From: an uncultured virus (IMG/VR IMGVR_UViG_3300033155_000850)
Lineage: Duplodnaviria > Heunggongvirae > Uroviricota > Caudoviricetes
Length of the DNA: 20,000 nucleotides
Direction: 5' to 3' (one strand)
IMG/VR virus record: IMGVR_UViG_3300033155_000850
Shown here: one piece after another, positions 6,838 to 15,634 of the stretch
Layout of the letters: every line of letters starts with the position of its first letter
Numbering within the stretch: the stretch's first letter is position 1
Program-made: the position numbers and the translations under genes
The notes under the pieces: generated by a model
Databases searched by the model: none
Seen by the model: only the letters and a program-made list of their open reading frames with translations
Told to the model about the DNA's origin: nothing

Positions 6838-7328
6838 CATACGGTGCATCGGATACATTAACTCTTATGATTGATCTCGGTAAACAACGGGCGTCAAAGA
6901 ATAAAGATATATTTGAAAACGGAGGTGAGCCGGAAGATTACTTGGATGATCAAGACTTTGCCATCCACGATCCTTGGAGATCATCTTGCGGACGTTTTGA
7001 AGTTGACCCATTTAAAGAATATGGTAAATCGTTCGTTGAATGGTTAATGAGACCGTTCTATACAGATAAAGAAAACATTACACGTCGTCTTAATGAGAAC
7101 AAACGTTCTCAAATACAGGTATTACGTCCTGTCGATGAATCAACTCATGTAATGACCATGAAAGACTGGTTAGAATCACTCGATCAGGGTGCATTTACTC
7201 CGGATGATGGATTCGGTCATTTCGCAAAAGAAGTTAATGGGATAATGAGCGAAGATACTAAAACCGATGTATGGAACGGTCCTTGTAGAGACGATTCATT
7301 CACTCACGTAGCATGGTATAATAAGTAA
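6834..7328 (+). CDS. Phage hypothetical protein, probably two fused modules
   Basis: 164 aa; AGGAG SD; C-terminal GAFTPDDGFG...THVAWYNK. Confidence 0.75.
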   Translation: MTYGASDTLTLMIDLGKQRASKNKDIFENGGEPEDYLDDQDFAIHDPWRSSCGRFEVDPFKEYGKSFVEWLMRPFYTDKENITRRLNENKRSQIQVLRPVDESTHVMTMKDWLESLDQGAFTPDDGFGHFAKEVNGIMSEDTKTDVWNGPCRDDSFTHVAWYNK

Positions 7329-7339
7329 AGGATACCGCC

Positions 7340-7966
7340 ATGGAATCAACCAAACTTACGTATAAAGATAGCGCTTCTTTTGTAAAGACTCTTATTGATA
7401 ATGATATTAGTTCTCTTAGTGATTATTATAAGTTGGAGTATCTAAGAATTGTAGGTAATTACACAGATGAATTAGGTGATAAGATTATAGCTAATAATCC
7501 CGATGCATTTAAAGAGCCTATTATCGGCGAAGATCGATCTGAATTTAGTGATGATGATTTAGACCTTAGTATTATGAGTGTCTTAGATAAGATATTCCCA
7601 GGTGCTAAAATAGTCCCTATAGATGAAGGTATTACAGCCATAATGCCGTCTATGAAACCAAGAAATTATGACGGTCCTATGAACCAACTGGATTTTGGTA
7701 GGTCAGGGAAATGTTTAACAGACGATGAAGCTTATATATGGTTACGTAATCGTAACTATCCCCATGAATATGATCACATCCATGTATATGAGTATGATCT
7801 TTGTCTTCTTTTACCGGATATAGAAAATTTAGAAGGACCTATAGACGATTCAGTCTTCTGGATCAAGTCGGATGGTGTTCGTGAAGAGGGTACTTTACAA
7901 AATGTATTAAGTAAAATGTTCGATGCTTATACCAATCATTATAACGAGGAAAAGCGTCGTGGATGA
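7340..7966 (+). CDS. Acidic phage hypothetical protein
   Basis: 208 aa; AAGGA SD. Confidence 0.8.
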   Translation: MESTKLTYKDSASFVKTLIDNDISSLSDYYKLEYLRIVGNYTDELGDKIIANNPDAFKEPIIGEDRSEFSDDDLDLSIMSVLDKIFPGAKIVPIDEGITAIMPSMKPRNYDGPMNQLDFGRSGKCLTDDEAYIWLRNRNYPHEYDHIHVYEYDLCLLLPDIENLEGPIDDSVFWIKSDGVREEGTLQNVLSKMFDAYTNHYNEEKRRG

Positions 7967-8066
7967 TTTACCTTTATTATTTATGGCTACGAATATTGTA
8001 TCAGCGGTATTTGTTATAGTTTTTATATCAGTGATACTTGTTAACCTTTTTAAAAGAAAACTATGA
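7959..8066 (+). CDS. Small membrane peptide, 35 aa
   Basis: GTG start with GAGGA SD; single TM then KRKL; ATGA overlap. Confidence 0.55.
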   Translation: MDDLPLLFMATNIVSAVFVIVFISVILVNLFKRKL

Positions 8067-8275
8067 AAATCAACATAACAATAGGCTTTCATCGTACCTT
8101 CAAAGGTAAAGACGGTACACCTGTAAAAATCATATTTACTGGGAGTACTAAACAGCATTATAAAGAGTTATTCGACCGCTACCAGTGGTTTCGTGTAACT
8201 CTTGGTATTCCATCTAATTTGAGTCGCCCTAAGATTTTGAATTGGGTTTTAATTCCAAGGCGAAAAATGCTATGA
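8063..8275 (+). CDS. Phage hypothetical protein
   Basis: 70 aa, overlap-coupled. Confidence 0.65.
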   Translation: MKINITIGFHRTFKGKDGTPVKIIFTGSTKQHYKELFDRYQWFRVTLGIPSNLSRPKILNWVLIPRRKML

Positions 8276-8496
8276 GTAGAGAATACGAATATGCAGAGTC
8301 TATAGAGAAAAAATTTATAGGCCATCTAAAATCATTGGGGTTTAATATACACAAACCGCCTTTTAAAATGAGTGTTAAACGTAAACTCTCTATACTAAAT
8401 TATCTTAGGACTATAAGTACTGCTTCAGACCTTCTACAGAATGCTGTAAATGATATTCCTATAGATACAAAGGATAGTTATGAGAACGGTACATAA
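8272..8496 (+). CDS. Phage hypothetical protein
   Basis: ATGA overlap start inside ORF 8242-8496. Confidence 0.65.
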   Translation: MSREYEYAESIEKKFIGHLKSLGFNIHKPPFKMSVKRKLSILNYLRTISTASDLLQNAVNDIPIDTKDSYENGT

Positions 8497-8755
8497 ACTA
8501 AAAATAGATTTTCAGGTAACGGACTATAAATTACCCAGGGACGCTACTGTAATCCAGTTTTGTAAAGACGGTATGAGTGATCTTTGTATATGGTATGTCT
8601 TTAATAGAAAATATCATCATATGGATGATTACGTTCACAGAAAATTTAGAATCTTCGGCACTAATCACGATATTCCAGATGGATATACGTTCGTCGGCAC
8701 AGCGATATGTGGTGAACTTGTGTGGCACTTATTTGAGGATGAAAGTAATGGCTGA
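8480..8755 (+). CDS. Conserved phage protein (DUF7352-like, recalled from memory)
   Basis: Pattern RKFRIFGTNHDIP...FVGTA...LVWHLFE; AAGGA SD. Confidence 0.7.
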   Translation: MRTVHKLKIDFQVTDYKLPRDATVIQFCKDGMSDLCIWYVFNRKYHHMDDYVHRKFRIFGTNHDIPDGYTFVGTAICGELVWHLFEDESNG

Positions 8756-9038
8756 AGTTGTGGCTCAGAAGTTTTGGGTTAAAATATCTAGTAAAGAGAT
8801 CGAAGCTATAGTTCGTGCTATAGTTCCAGATGAAATGTGTGACTTCGATTTAATCGAGGTCCAAACAACTATAAAAGATCATAAGGTAGATACTGTAACC
8901 TTAGGACTTAGTTATAATACACCTGTTAAAACTAAAAACATCACCGCATTTGGTGCTTGTCCAGAATGTGGAAGTCCAGATCCTAATGAAATACACTCTG
9001 GAGATTGCTCATATGGAAAGCCTGTTGATGATGAGTGA
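8748..9038 (+). CDS. Hypothetical protein with C-terminal CPEC...H...C metal finger
   Basis: ATG 8748 with GAGG SD inside ORF 8577-9038. Confidence 0.7.
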   Translation: MAEVVAQKFWVKISSKEIEAIVRAIVPDEMCDFDLIEVQTTIKDHKVDTVTLGLSYNTPVKTKNITAFGACPECGSPDPNEIHSGDCSYGKPVDDE

Positions 9039-9219
9039 TAAATTAAAGGAACAAATCGATAATATGACTCGTGAAGAAATGGCTCGTAAATGGCGGTTCG
9101 CACCGTCTGGTGATCCAATGCTTCAAAGTGAAACTGGAACTTATTTTCAAAAACGATTTAATTCACTCGGAGGATTTTCTCCGGCTATCAGTAAAAAGAT
9201 AGGTTGGGATGAATCATGA
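9031..9219 (+). CDS. Conserved-looking small phage protein
   Basis: IDNMTREEMARKWRFAPSGDP...ISKKIGW; start 9028 or 9031. Confidence 0.7.
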   Translation: MSDKLKEQIDNMTREEMARKWRFAPSGDPMLQSETGTYFQKRFNSLGGFSPAISKKIGWDES

Positions 9220-9578
9220 TTTACTCTACACCTATGGCAAACAAGATTCGGCCTAAAGTCATTAAAGATGCTATTAAGAGGTTCGATGATGACGGAAGGA
9301 CTGGACCTCATTCTACACAAGGTGCAATCTTGTGTCACATTCTTAACCACTGCCTCAAGAATGGAATCAGCTTTCAACTAAGCTATCTTGCAGGCGGAGG
9401 TTATGATTTGAAGAGAATGGACCTTTGCCATACATGTCACAAAATCATGGATACCGGTTTACTACAAGATACTAATTGTGGGGGCGACTGTACGGCCTGT
9501 ATGGCTGAAGCGGGTGATCCCGACTGTATTATTACAATGCAATCTGTATTGCTTCAAAAAAAGCTTACTGATTTATAG
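9216..9578 (+). CDS. Hypothetical protein with Cys-rich C-terminus
   Basis: CHTC...CGGDCTACMAEAGDPDC. Confidence 0.7.
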   Translation: MIYSTPMANKIRPKVIKDAIKRFDDDGRTGPHSTQGAILCHILNHCLKNGISFQLSYLAGGGYDLKRMDLCHTCHKIMDTGLLQDTNCGGDCTACMAEAGDPDCIITMQSVLLQKKLTDL

Positions 9579-9584
9579 AGGGTA

Positions 9585-9836
9585 GTGATAGTGAGTGAAA
9601 TACAGTACATAGAAAACGGAGTTAGTAATAGAAAATGGAATAGCTTAGAGGCTTGTATAGGCGACCTTTTAGAACCTTATGCCGAACCTAATACTGGTGA
9701 TCTGGAGTATATGAGAGAGCAGATCTCCCACATTAAAGGGTGTCTAGCTAGATTTATAGCTGATCAAAATCCAAGTATGGATACTCTAACTAGAGTATTC
9801 TATGCGGATATAAATATTGTAGAAACGGACGATTAA
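9585..9836 (+). CDS. Phage hypothetical protein
   Basis: 83 aa, GTG start with GAGG SD. Confidence 0.65.
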   Translation: MIVSEIQYIENGVSNRKWNSLEACIGDLLEPYAEPNTGDLEYMREQISHIKGCLARFIADQNPSMDTLTRVFYADINIVETDD

Positions 9837-9848
9837 AGAGGAAATATA

Positions 9849-10199
9849 ATGAGATCACAAATAGGTATAGCAGATTCAATAATGGATGTGTTAGTTAAAA
9901 TGGCAGAAGGTAATCCAGGTGCCGTTACAGTAATGACTCAAATTTTAAAGACTAGACAAGAAGACGGTCCGGCCATTATCTCCGCTTTAAATGACATGAA
10001 TATTCGTGGATCGCAGATATGGGTCGGTTTTAAAGATCACTGCAATTCGAACATAGATAGATTTATCAAAGCCATTAATGAGCGCGACCCAACCATGGTT
10101 AATACGATAAATGAAGAATGCTATAACCTTAAGATGGTGGAACAAGGTTATAAGGGTTATGATGAACTTGCTACAACACACGGACCGTCAATGTATTAG
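9849..10199 (+). CDS. Conserved phage hypothetical protein (EGNPGA motif)
   Basis: MAEGNPGA...IRGSQIWVGFKDHC; GAGG SD. Confidence 0.8.
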   Translation: MRSQIGIADSIMDVLVKMAEGNPGAVTVMTQILKTRQEDGPAIISALNDMNIRGSQIWVGFKDHCNSNIDRFIKAINERDPTMVNTINEECYNLKMVEQGYKGYDELATTHGPSMY

Positions 10200-10383
10200 G
10201 ACCTTTGGACTTATGTCCGTAGGACCTTTAGGCTTATCACCACCGGACTCATGGCGGAGTCGGCACGAAAGTAAAGAGTGAATAGAATGAGAAATATACA
10301 TAAAAAGGGATAACCATGACGAGGTGTATAAACCCATGACATCATGACGCCCGTTCACCTATAAGCTCAAGTGCCGTAGTTTG

Positions 10384-10413
10384 GAGGCCGCTTTAATTAG
10401 CGGCCTCTTTTTT
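10384..10413 (+). terminator. Intrinsic terminator
   Basis: GAGGCCGCT-TTAATT-AGCGGCCTC-TTTTTT. Confidence 0.85.
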
Positions 10414-10436
10414 CAGGATACACCGTTGATGAGAGA

Positions 10437-10464
10437 GACCAACCCGGTTCAGCAGTGCTTGCGA
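10437..10464 (+). repeat. 28-bp direct repeat, copy 1 (GACCAACCCGGTTCAGCAGTGCTTGCGA)
   Basis: Identical to 11062-11089. Confidence 0.9.
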
Positions 10465-10486
10465 CAGTGTCTTATATAAAGATTCA

Positions 10487-10516
10487 GTATACATTGTTGA
10501 TTATCTATGGTATAAT
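10487..10516 (+). promoter_or_regulatory. Early-type promoter GTATAC-N18-TATAAT with extended -10 TG
   Basis: Family match. Confidence 0.85.
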
Positions 10517-10568
10517 GGACTAATGGCCAGAAATAATTCTACGCCATCAATCAAAAAGGACACACGCT

Positions 10569-10787
10569 ATGAGGTCAGCAGGACAAATTGATATTAACAT
10601 CAATATCCAACTGGAAGTGGACGTTAATAATGATGACATTATTAGTGTTCTCGCCGCAGATGGCCAAGTGTTATTTGAGGCTGATGTAATGAGTGACATT
10701 GAATCAGGATTAGAACGTCTTGTCAATAAAGCTCTTGAAGGTTGCCCTGAGGGTAGCTTGGCACCAAATAAGATAGTAATTGTATGA
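10569..10787 (+). CDS. Small acidic hypothetical protein
   Basis: 72 aa, AAGGA SD. Confidence 0.7.
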   Translation: MRSAGQIDININIQLEVDVNNDDIISVLAADGQVLFEADVMSDIESGLERLVNKALEGCPEGSLAPNKIVIV

Positions 10788-11017
10788 TGGCATCACGGCC
10801 CGGGGCACTAAGCTCTGGGCCTTTTGAGGAGATTTACGTGGCTGCAAGAATCTTTGATAAAAGCTTGGACCTTACGATGTTGATCCAAGTTAATGAGTGG
10901 TCCGAAACAGTAGAGTTTTGGCGTAAGAAGGTTGAGGACCTTGAGGCTGCTGGCAAGGAGACTAAAACATTGAAAACAAAACTCAATCAAGGAATAAAGA
11001 AAGCTCTAAAAGAATAG
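10784..11017 (+). CDS. Phage hypothetical protein
   Basis: 77 aa, ATGA overlap. Confidence 0.7.
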   Translation: MMASRPGALSSGPFEEIYVAARIFDKSLDLTMLIQVNEWSETVEFWRKKVEDLEAAGKETKTLKTKLNQGIKKALKE

Positions 11018-11020
11018 AGC

Positions 11021-11054
11021 GCAACGGCCTGGGACGTTTGTTTCAGGCCGTTGT
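11021..11054 (+). terminator. Hairpin / probable terminator
   Basis: GCAACGGCCTGGGAC-GTTT-GTTTCAGGCCGTTGT directly after the stop; no U-tract. Confidence 0.55.
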
Positions 11055-11061
11055 GGTATGT

Positions 11062-11089
11062 GACCAACCCGGTTCAGCAGTGCTTGCGA
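11062..11089 (+). repeat. 28-bp direct repeat, copy 2
   Basis: Identical to 10437-10464. Confidence 0.9.
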
Positions 11090-11112
11090 TGCCAACCTTA
11101 GTTGAAGAACAT

Positions 11113-11142
11113 GTATACATTGCTGTTAATCTATGGTACAAT
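11113..11142 (+). promoter_or_regulatory. Early-type promoter GTATAC-N18-TACAAT with extended -10 TG
   Basis: Family match. Confidence 0.85.
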
Positions 11143-11175
11143 TAACTATGGACAGACTTTAAATTAGGGTTCCAG

Positions 11176-11346
11176 ATGATTCATGAAATAAATACCCTTA
11201 TTAGTACAGCAGCTCGTATACGTCGGACTCTATCTGTTATAGATGATAGGCTCGCGGACGCTACGGCTGCTTTTGAAAACGGTCACGTAGAAACAGCCCG
11301 TGACTTAATTAACCTAGCCAAGACCGATTTGGCTAATTTGGAGTAA
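11176..11346 (+). CDS. Small helical hypothetical protein, 56 aa
   Basis: Manually translated (MIHEINTLISTAARIRR...); AGGG SD; first gene after promoter. Confidence 0.6.
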   Translation: MIHEINTLISTAARIRRTLSVIDDRLADATAAFENGHVETARDLINLAKTDLANLE

Positions 11347-11350
11347 CGCC

Positions 11351-11638
11351 ATGAGTAAGGAAACACTAGCACTTATGCTAGAGGCGGATCGTAGAGAGTG
11401 TACGTGGGCAGACGTAGTTCACAAAGATGATCCCGATCCGTTCTTCGGTATTGATGTCTCTAACATTGTAAACGCGGTAACCGAAGGTATGCGTTTTGAT
11501 GAGCAAACTATTGGAGAGATTGATCCTACGCAACAAGGTCACTATTTACGCGGACCTAATGCGTTTGACGATCATGATATGAAGATGCTTGAATGGGGTG
11601 ATTACTACCCAATAACTCACACATCGTTTGATTGTTAG
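11351..11638 (+). CDS. Acidic phage hypothetical protein
   Basis: 95 aa, GGAG SD. Confidence 0.75.
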   Translation: MSKETLALMLEADRRECTWADVVHKDDPDPFFGIDVSNIVNAVTEGMRFDEQTIGEIDPTQQGHYLRGPNAFDDHDMKMLEWGDYYPITHTSFDC

Positions 11639-11650
11639 GAGATTGCATAA

Positions 11651-12124
11651 ATGAAACTCTTAGACACAAAAGTTGATTGGTATGAAGAATATGCCAACGA
11701 GCCCGAATTGGTTTTAATAGTGGACAAAATGTCACTACCTAACGAATTCGAATATGAGAAAATAAACGGTGAAGACACCACCCTTTACTTCGCTGAACAT
11801 GAAAATGGTTTGGTTGATTTCTTTTCTCATTCATTTAATAACCAAAGAGGTTACGGTGGAAGAACGTTTGACCTGAAGATGAAAGACGGAACGATTCAAA
11901 GTATAAAAGGTCCATGGTCATCAAGACCCGGCGTCATGAATAACTTCTTTCCACACTGTATTGAGTGTAAGGTTATAGAACGTGACGGGGACTATGAAGA
12001 TTTAAGACACTCCGCTTTTATCACTGTGAAACTAGCTCATGAGGCGGCTAAAATGGCCGGCGTTAAGCTTGTAGCTGGAGAACGTCACGGTAATACAGTG
12101 TATGTTATCGAGGAGGTCGCATGA
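11651..12124 (+). CDS. Conserved-looking phage hypothetical protein
   Basis: 157 aa; GYGGRTF...IKGPWSSRPG; AGGAG SD. Confidence 0.8.
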   Translation: MKLLDTKVDWYEEYANEPELVLIVDKMSLPNEFEYEKINGEDTTLYFAEHENGLVDFFSHSFNNQRGYGGRTFDLKMKDGTIQSIKGPWSSRPGVMNNFFPHCIECKVIERDGDYEDLRHSAFITVKLAHEAAKMAGVKLVAGERHGNTVYVIEEVA

Positions 12125-12357
12125 GCACACCAACGATTATTCGCCATGCTCAAACTGAGGGCATGGCAGCCGTGGTCATAACGACTAATTTAGGTTTTGG
12201 CCCCTTTGAGGCTTACTTCCAGACTTATAGAGTAGGTCTTTCTAATGACAGCACAGCACTCGAATCTAGTATGGTTTGGTCCACTGAGGATGGTGCTATC
12301 AAACATTTCGAGAAGTGGAGAGCTGCCGAAATAGGTGACTTCCCTGGTAATCTATGA
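12121..12357 (+). CDS. Phage hypothetical protein
   Basis: 78 aa, GGAGGT SD, ATGA overlap. Confidence 0.75.
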   Translation: MSTPTIIRHAQTEGMAAVVITTNLGFGPFEAYFQTYRVGLSNDSTALESSMVWSTEDGAIKHFEKWRAAEIGDFPGNL

Positions 12358-12599
12358 TCCAAACACACTCAATCATCGAAGGTCCACACGTATTATTCGT
12401 AGGTGCTAATGGCCGACGAACTTGTGGTATTACGGTTCGCTCATTAGAACCGCGAGAATACTGTGAACTACGTGGAATATTACGAGAATGGAATCTCAAT
12501 GATTACCTTATAGGAAACTACGATTTATCGTTCCTCGGTCTGTCAGCCCAAGAAGTCAATGATTTAAGGTCCGAAATACGAAGGTTATGTAAACTATGA
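12354..12599 (+). CDS. Phage hypothetical protein
   Basis: 81 aa, ATGA overlaps. Confidence 0.7.
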   Translation: MIQTHSIIEGPHVLFVGANGRRTCGITVRSLEPREYCELRGILREWNLNDYLIGNYDLSFLGLSAQEVNDLRSEIRRLCKL

Positions 12600-12838
12600 T
12601 CTCATTCAAAACAGTACCTCTTAACTTAGAGATACGAAAGGTTCACTATAAACGTGGATCTATAATTCACTTCGATGAAATCTTTCGAAATGGGTCTGAT
12701 AAACCGCCAGAGTATCGTCTCTGGCCCAAACACTATTGTGCGGTTCATAAGCCTAAATGCTTTGAATGGTTTACCCAAAAGCAGATTGACGCTATGCAAC
12801 CTCACTGGATTACTCAGCAAGAGGAATTACTGCTATGA
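12596..12838 (+). CDS. Phage hypothetical protein
   Basis: 80 aa, ATGA overlaps. Confidence 0.7.
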   Translation: MISFKTVPLNLEIRKVHYKRGSIIHFDEIFRNGSDKPPEYRLWPKHYCAVHKPKCFEWFTQKQIDAMQPHWITQQEELLL

Positions 12839-13056
12839 AACAAATATATTTGGTCACTAATGATGACGGCACTCAACAAGAGGTAGACTCATTAGACAAC
12901 CTTTTTGACAAGTTAAAAGCCATAGTTATAGGCACCGTACGTATGGATATTGAAGCTACTATCCGTATTCATGACAAAGCTAGTGGTATCGTTGCTGAAT
13001 ATAAAGTCAATGATGCAGGAGAAGAGAACGAAGAAGGCGACCCTAAATTTGATTAA
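12835..13056 (+). CDS. Acidic hypothetical protein
   Basis: 73 aa, GAGG SD. Confidence 0.75.
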   Translation: MKQIYLVTNDDGTQQEVDSLDNLFDKLKAIVIGTVRMDIEATIRIHDKASGIVAEYKVNDAGEENEEGDPKFD

Positions 13057-13072
13057 ACTGAGGATTATCGTT

Positions 13073-13249
13073 ATGAATAAACCTTGCTACTGTATTGGCA
13101 TAATGAAACAATCTAATTGCCCTAGACATGGACCTAGTGTTGAGGCCGCTATAGCTAGTCGTGCACCTACTCCAGGCTATAATAAGCTCGGCACGGCGGC
13201 ACGCGCTGCGGCTCAAAGTAGAGCTAAGGCTTTCTATCCGTTCGATTAA
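13073..13249 (+). CDS. Small protein with CxC...CPxHG motif, 58 aa
   Basis: ATG 13073 with GAGG SD inside ORF 12950-13249. Confidence 0.65.
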   Translation: MNKPCYCIGIMKQSNCPRHGPSVEAAIASRAPTPGYNKLGTAARAAAQSRAKAFYPFD

Positions 13250-13259
13250 GGAATTATCT

Positions 13260-13586
13260 ATGTCTGATACTCTTAATGGAATGCGTCACTGCGACGAATT
13301 CATCGATGACTATGAAGCACCTAACTGCCTACGTTGGTTCTTACTCATCAATCGATTGCCCGCCATCGAGAAAATGCTGGCCGCTGAAATGGGCGTCAAT
13401 CCAAAGCTCTTTGCAGATGTAATCAAGCCGAACAATCAAGGCCGCACACAAAGAGTGCGTGTTGTAATGGCTTCAAGATTCGGCGATGTAGGAATATCCA
13501 TTAACCTACATCGTGAACACGGTTATTCTAAAAGAGTCGCCGTCGAAGAACTCACTAACTTCAGAAATACATTGGAACATGATTAG
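13260..13586 (+). CDS. Conserved-looking phage hypothetical protein
   Basis: ATG 13260 with AAGGA SD; RVRVVMASRFGDVGI motif. Confidence 0.75.
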   Translation: MSDTLNGMRHCDEFIDDYEAPNCLRWFLLINRLPAIEKMLAAEMGVNPKLFADVIKPNNQGRTQRVRVVMASRFGDVGISINLHREHGYSKRVAVEELTNFRNTLEHD

Positions 13587-13597
13587 GAGTATGTGCC

Positions 13598-13813
13598 ATG
13601 AACTACATGATCATTCAAAATACAGAGAATCCTGACACAGTTAGAGAACCGTTTCCTATTGTTCAAATGTTCACTAACGACAATCTCATGGACCTCGCTA
13701 AGTTCGTCCAATATATGGTCGATAATCATGGTGATCTTGACAATGATCCGGGTTGTAGAGCGGCTCATACATTTTTACACTTATTGGGTCAATGGGAAGA
13801 TAGAACACAATGA
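13598..13813 (+). CDS. Phage hypothetical protein
   Basis: 71 aa, AGGAG SD. Confidence 0.75.
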   Translation: MNYMIIQNTENPDTVREPFPIVQMFTNDNLMDLAKFVQYMVDNHGDLDNDPGCRAAHTFLHLLGQWEDRTQ

Positions 13814-14283
13814 AGCTAATTCATTATAGTCGTGTGCCTATTGCTAAGTTACGTTCACGAAGACAAAAAGGTCCATATTCTCGCCATGATAAACCAAAAG
13901 GTCTTTGGGTGTCAGTAGAGGATTCAAATCATAGCTGGCATGACTGGTGTATAAGTCAAGATTTCTCAATAGGTGCATTGCAGTTTCCTCATTATGTACA
14001 ACTGGTTCCCAATGCAAATATCTTACTGTTAGATACTGATGATAAGATTTTAGAATTCTCTGAAGAATATCTTGTTGATCCGCCTTTTAAAACGAGTGTA
14101 TCTCTTAACTGGTTTATTGACTGGAAACGATTATCTAGAGAATATCATGGTATCATTATAGCTCCCTATAGTTGGGGTTTAAGATTGGACCAACGTGTTA
14201 GCTGGTATTATGGTTGGGATTGTGCTAGTGGTGTAATTTGGAATAAAAGAGCGATTGCTAAACTGGAAGGAGCATTCGAATGA
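13810..14283 (+). CDS. Putative ADP-ribosyltransferase-like fold protein
   Basis: LIHYS...KPKGLWVS...IDWKRLSREYHGIII...WDCASGVIWN follows the ART-like strand order; family call from motif memory. Confidence 0.5.
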   Translation: MKLIHYSRVPIAKLRSRRQKGPYSRHDKPKGLWVSVEDSNHSWHDWCISQDFSIGALQFPHYVQLVPNANILLLDTDDKILEFSEEYLVDPPFKTSVSLNWFIDWKRLSREYHGIIIAPYSWGLRLDQRVSWYYGWDCASGVIWNKRAIAKLEGAFE

Positions 14284-14669
14284 ACGCACGAGAAGCAGCG
14301 AAACTTAAGGTCGGTGACTTTGTCATAGCGCCCAAGGTAGGTATATTCGATCCAAAGGCTATAGAACTCATTATAACCAAAGAGATCGATCCGAAAGCGA
14401 AAGGCAGTTTACCGCTTGTTAACTTTGAAGAAAACTCTCCAGATCTATACACTTACCTCTTACTGACTAAGGTTATAGTCATAAAACGACACAATTACCT
14501 TAAAAAGTCCGAAGACGTGTTCTTAACGAAAGACCTTATTTCAGAGATAGCCTCTGACAATGGACGACTAAACTATACTCTAGTGTTGAAGTTCCTAATC
14601 ACTGGCGCGACTGTCCACACAGAGTTCTTTAGATACACTCTCAAACATACAGGGTCTATGCGACCCTAG
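14280..14669 (+). CDS. Phage hypothetical protein
   Basis: 129 aa, GGAG SD, ATGA overlap. Confidence 0.75.
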   Translation: MNAREAAKLKVGDFVIAPKVGIFDPKAIELIITKEIDPKAKGSLPLVNFEENSPDLYTYLLLTKVIVIKRHNYLKKSEDVFLTKDLISEIASDNGRLNYTLVLKFLITGATVHTEFFRYTLKHTGSMRP

Positions 14670-14688
14670 TTACAGAGGAAAACTGATT

Positions 14689-14904
14689 ATGATAAATCTA
14701 GAAGAAGAACATGCTAAAGTAGTCCTTGGTCTCAAAAATATAAAGAGATCTATGGACGAGATGCGTGACGAAGGTCTCGGTGGTGACGATTTTGAAGGTC
14801 TATACCTTATGACCAAACTAGTTCCCGCTATAAGTAAAATCTTCGAATCAGACACCTCGCCTATGACTATAGTAGCTTTACAACATAAAGGCATTCAATC
14901 ATGA
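14689..14904 (+). CDS. Phage hypothetical protein
   Basis: 71 aa, GAGG SD. Confidence 0.7.
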   Translation: MINLEEEHAKVVLGLKNIKRSMDEMRDEGLGGDDFEGLYLMTKLVPAISKIFESDTSPMTIVALQHKGIQS

Positions 14905-15482
14905 AATTCTATGCAACGTTCGGTTCCAGTCATATCCATAATGTACGAGGAGCCACCTTTGGCTTTACTAGGCCTATGTGTATTGAGGCTCCAGATTACG
15001 ACTATGCTCGCAGAATGGTCTTCGCTGCTGTCGGCACTGCGTTCTGTACTATCTATACTGAGGAAGAATTTGACACGAAATACTACTCTCACTTCCCAGT
15101 TCTCCAACCAGATTTCAACTGTATGTCCATGCCAGATGGTAGGTGTGTTTCTACCGAACCTTGCATGCACGGCGACTTTATAATGATAGACCAAAAGATC
15201 CGGTCAGATCCATGGTCCACGCCAACAGATTCGATCCTTAAATTCAAGATCACTAAAGTGGTTCTAGTATACGAGAATGGTCTGTTCGCCGGTATGGACC
15301 AAGGATCAGGTGGGTATCCATTCCCTACCGACTCTATCTTTCAAGCACATATGTGGTCCGGAAAGGCGATCGACGAAATGGATCGCTACGTTAAAATGTT
15401 TTCGGAGCTGTCTCCTCGCATCATAGTTATCGATGTGAATACGATACCTTACTCACTTACGACTCACATTATAGACGATTAA
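14901..15482 (+). CDS. Phage hypothetical protein, probably multi-module
   Basis: 193 aa; last gene of the + strand block. Confidence 0.75.
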   Translation: MKFYATFGSSHIHNVRGATFGFTRPMCIEAPDYDYARRMVFAAVGTAFCTIYTEEEFDTKYYSHFPVLQPDFNCMSMPDGRCVSTEPCMHGDFIMIDQKIRSDPWSTPTDSILKFKITKVVLVYENGLFAGMDQGSGGYPFPTDSIFQAHMWSGKAIDEMDRYVKMFSELSPRIIVIDVNTIPYSLTTHIIDD

Positions 15483-15487
15483 TTATT

Positions 15488-15630
15488 GGGGGCCGACATC
15501 CCGTCATTTAAAGTCGGTAGTGCTTATACGGAGGATACGTCATGATGAAGTAGATTAAAGACCTACAAATAAGTGCTAAGCTCGGATATGAGTGTTCTGC
15601 CTTGGTTAAATGGTTGCTCTCTCAACCAGC
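15488..15630 (+). ncRNA. Candidate structured 3' RNA element
   Basis: Stems GCCGAC/GTCGGT (15492-15518), TAGTGCTTAT/ATAAGTGCTA (15518-15578), GCTC/GAGT, TGGTTG/CAACCA; no ORF. Confidence 0.4.
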
Positions 15631-15634
15631 CTAT

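Noticed and set aside
1401..15194. Numerous minus-strand and alternative-frame ORFs in the track (e.g. 1401, 1418, 1980, 2926, 6247, 7459, 7907, 8531, 8912, 9147, 9987, 10808, 12299, 12626, 12675, 13583, 14258, 14670, 14895, 14911)
   Set aside because: Shadows of well-supported, SD-led, overlap-coupled + strand genes
15518..15578. Hammerhead ribozyme
   Set aside because: Core reads CATGATGA rather than CTGANGA and the GAAA motif is missing
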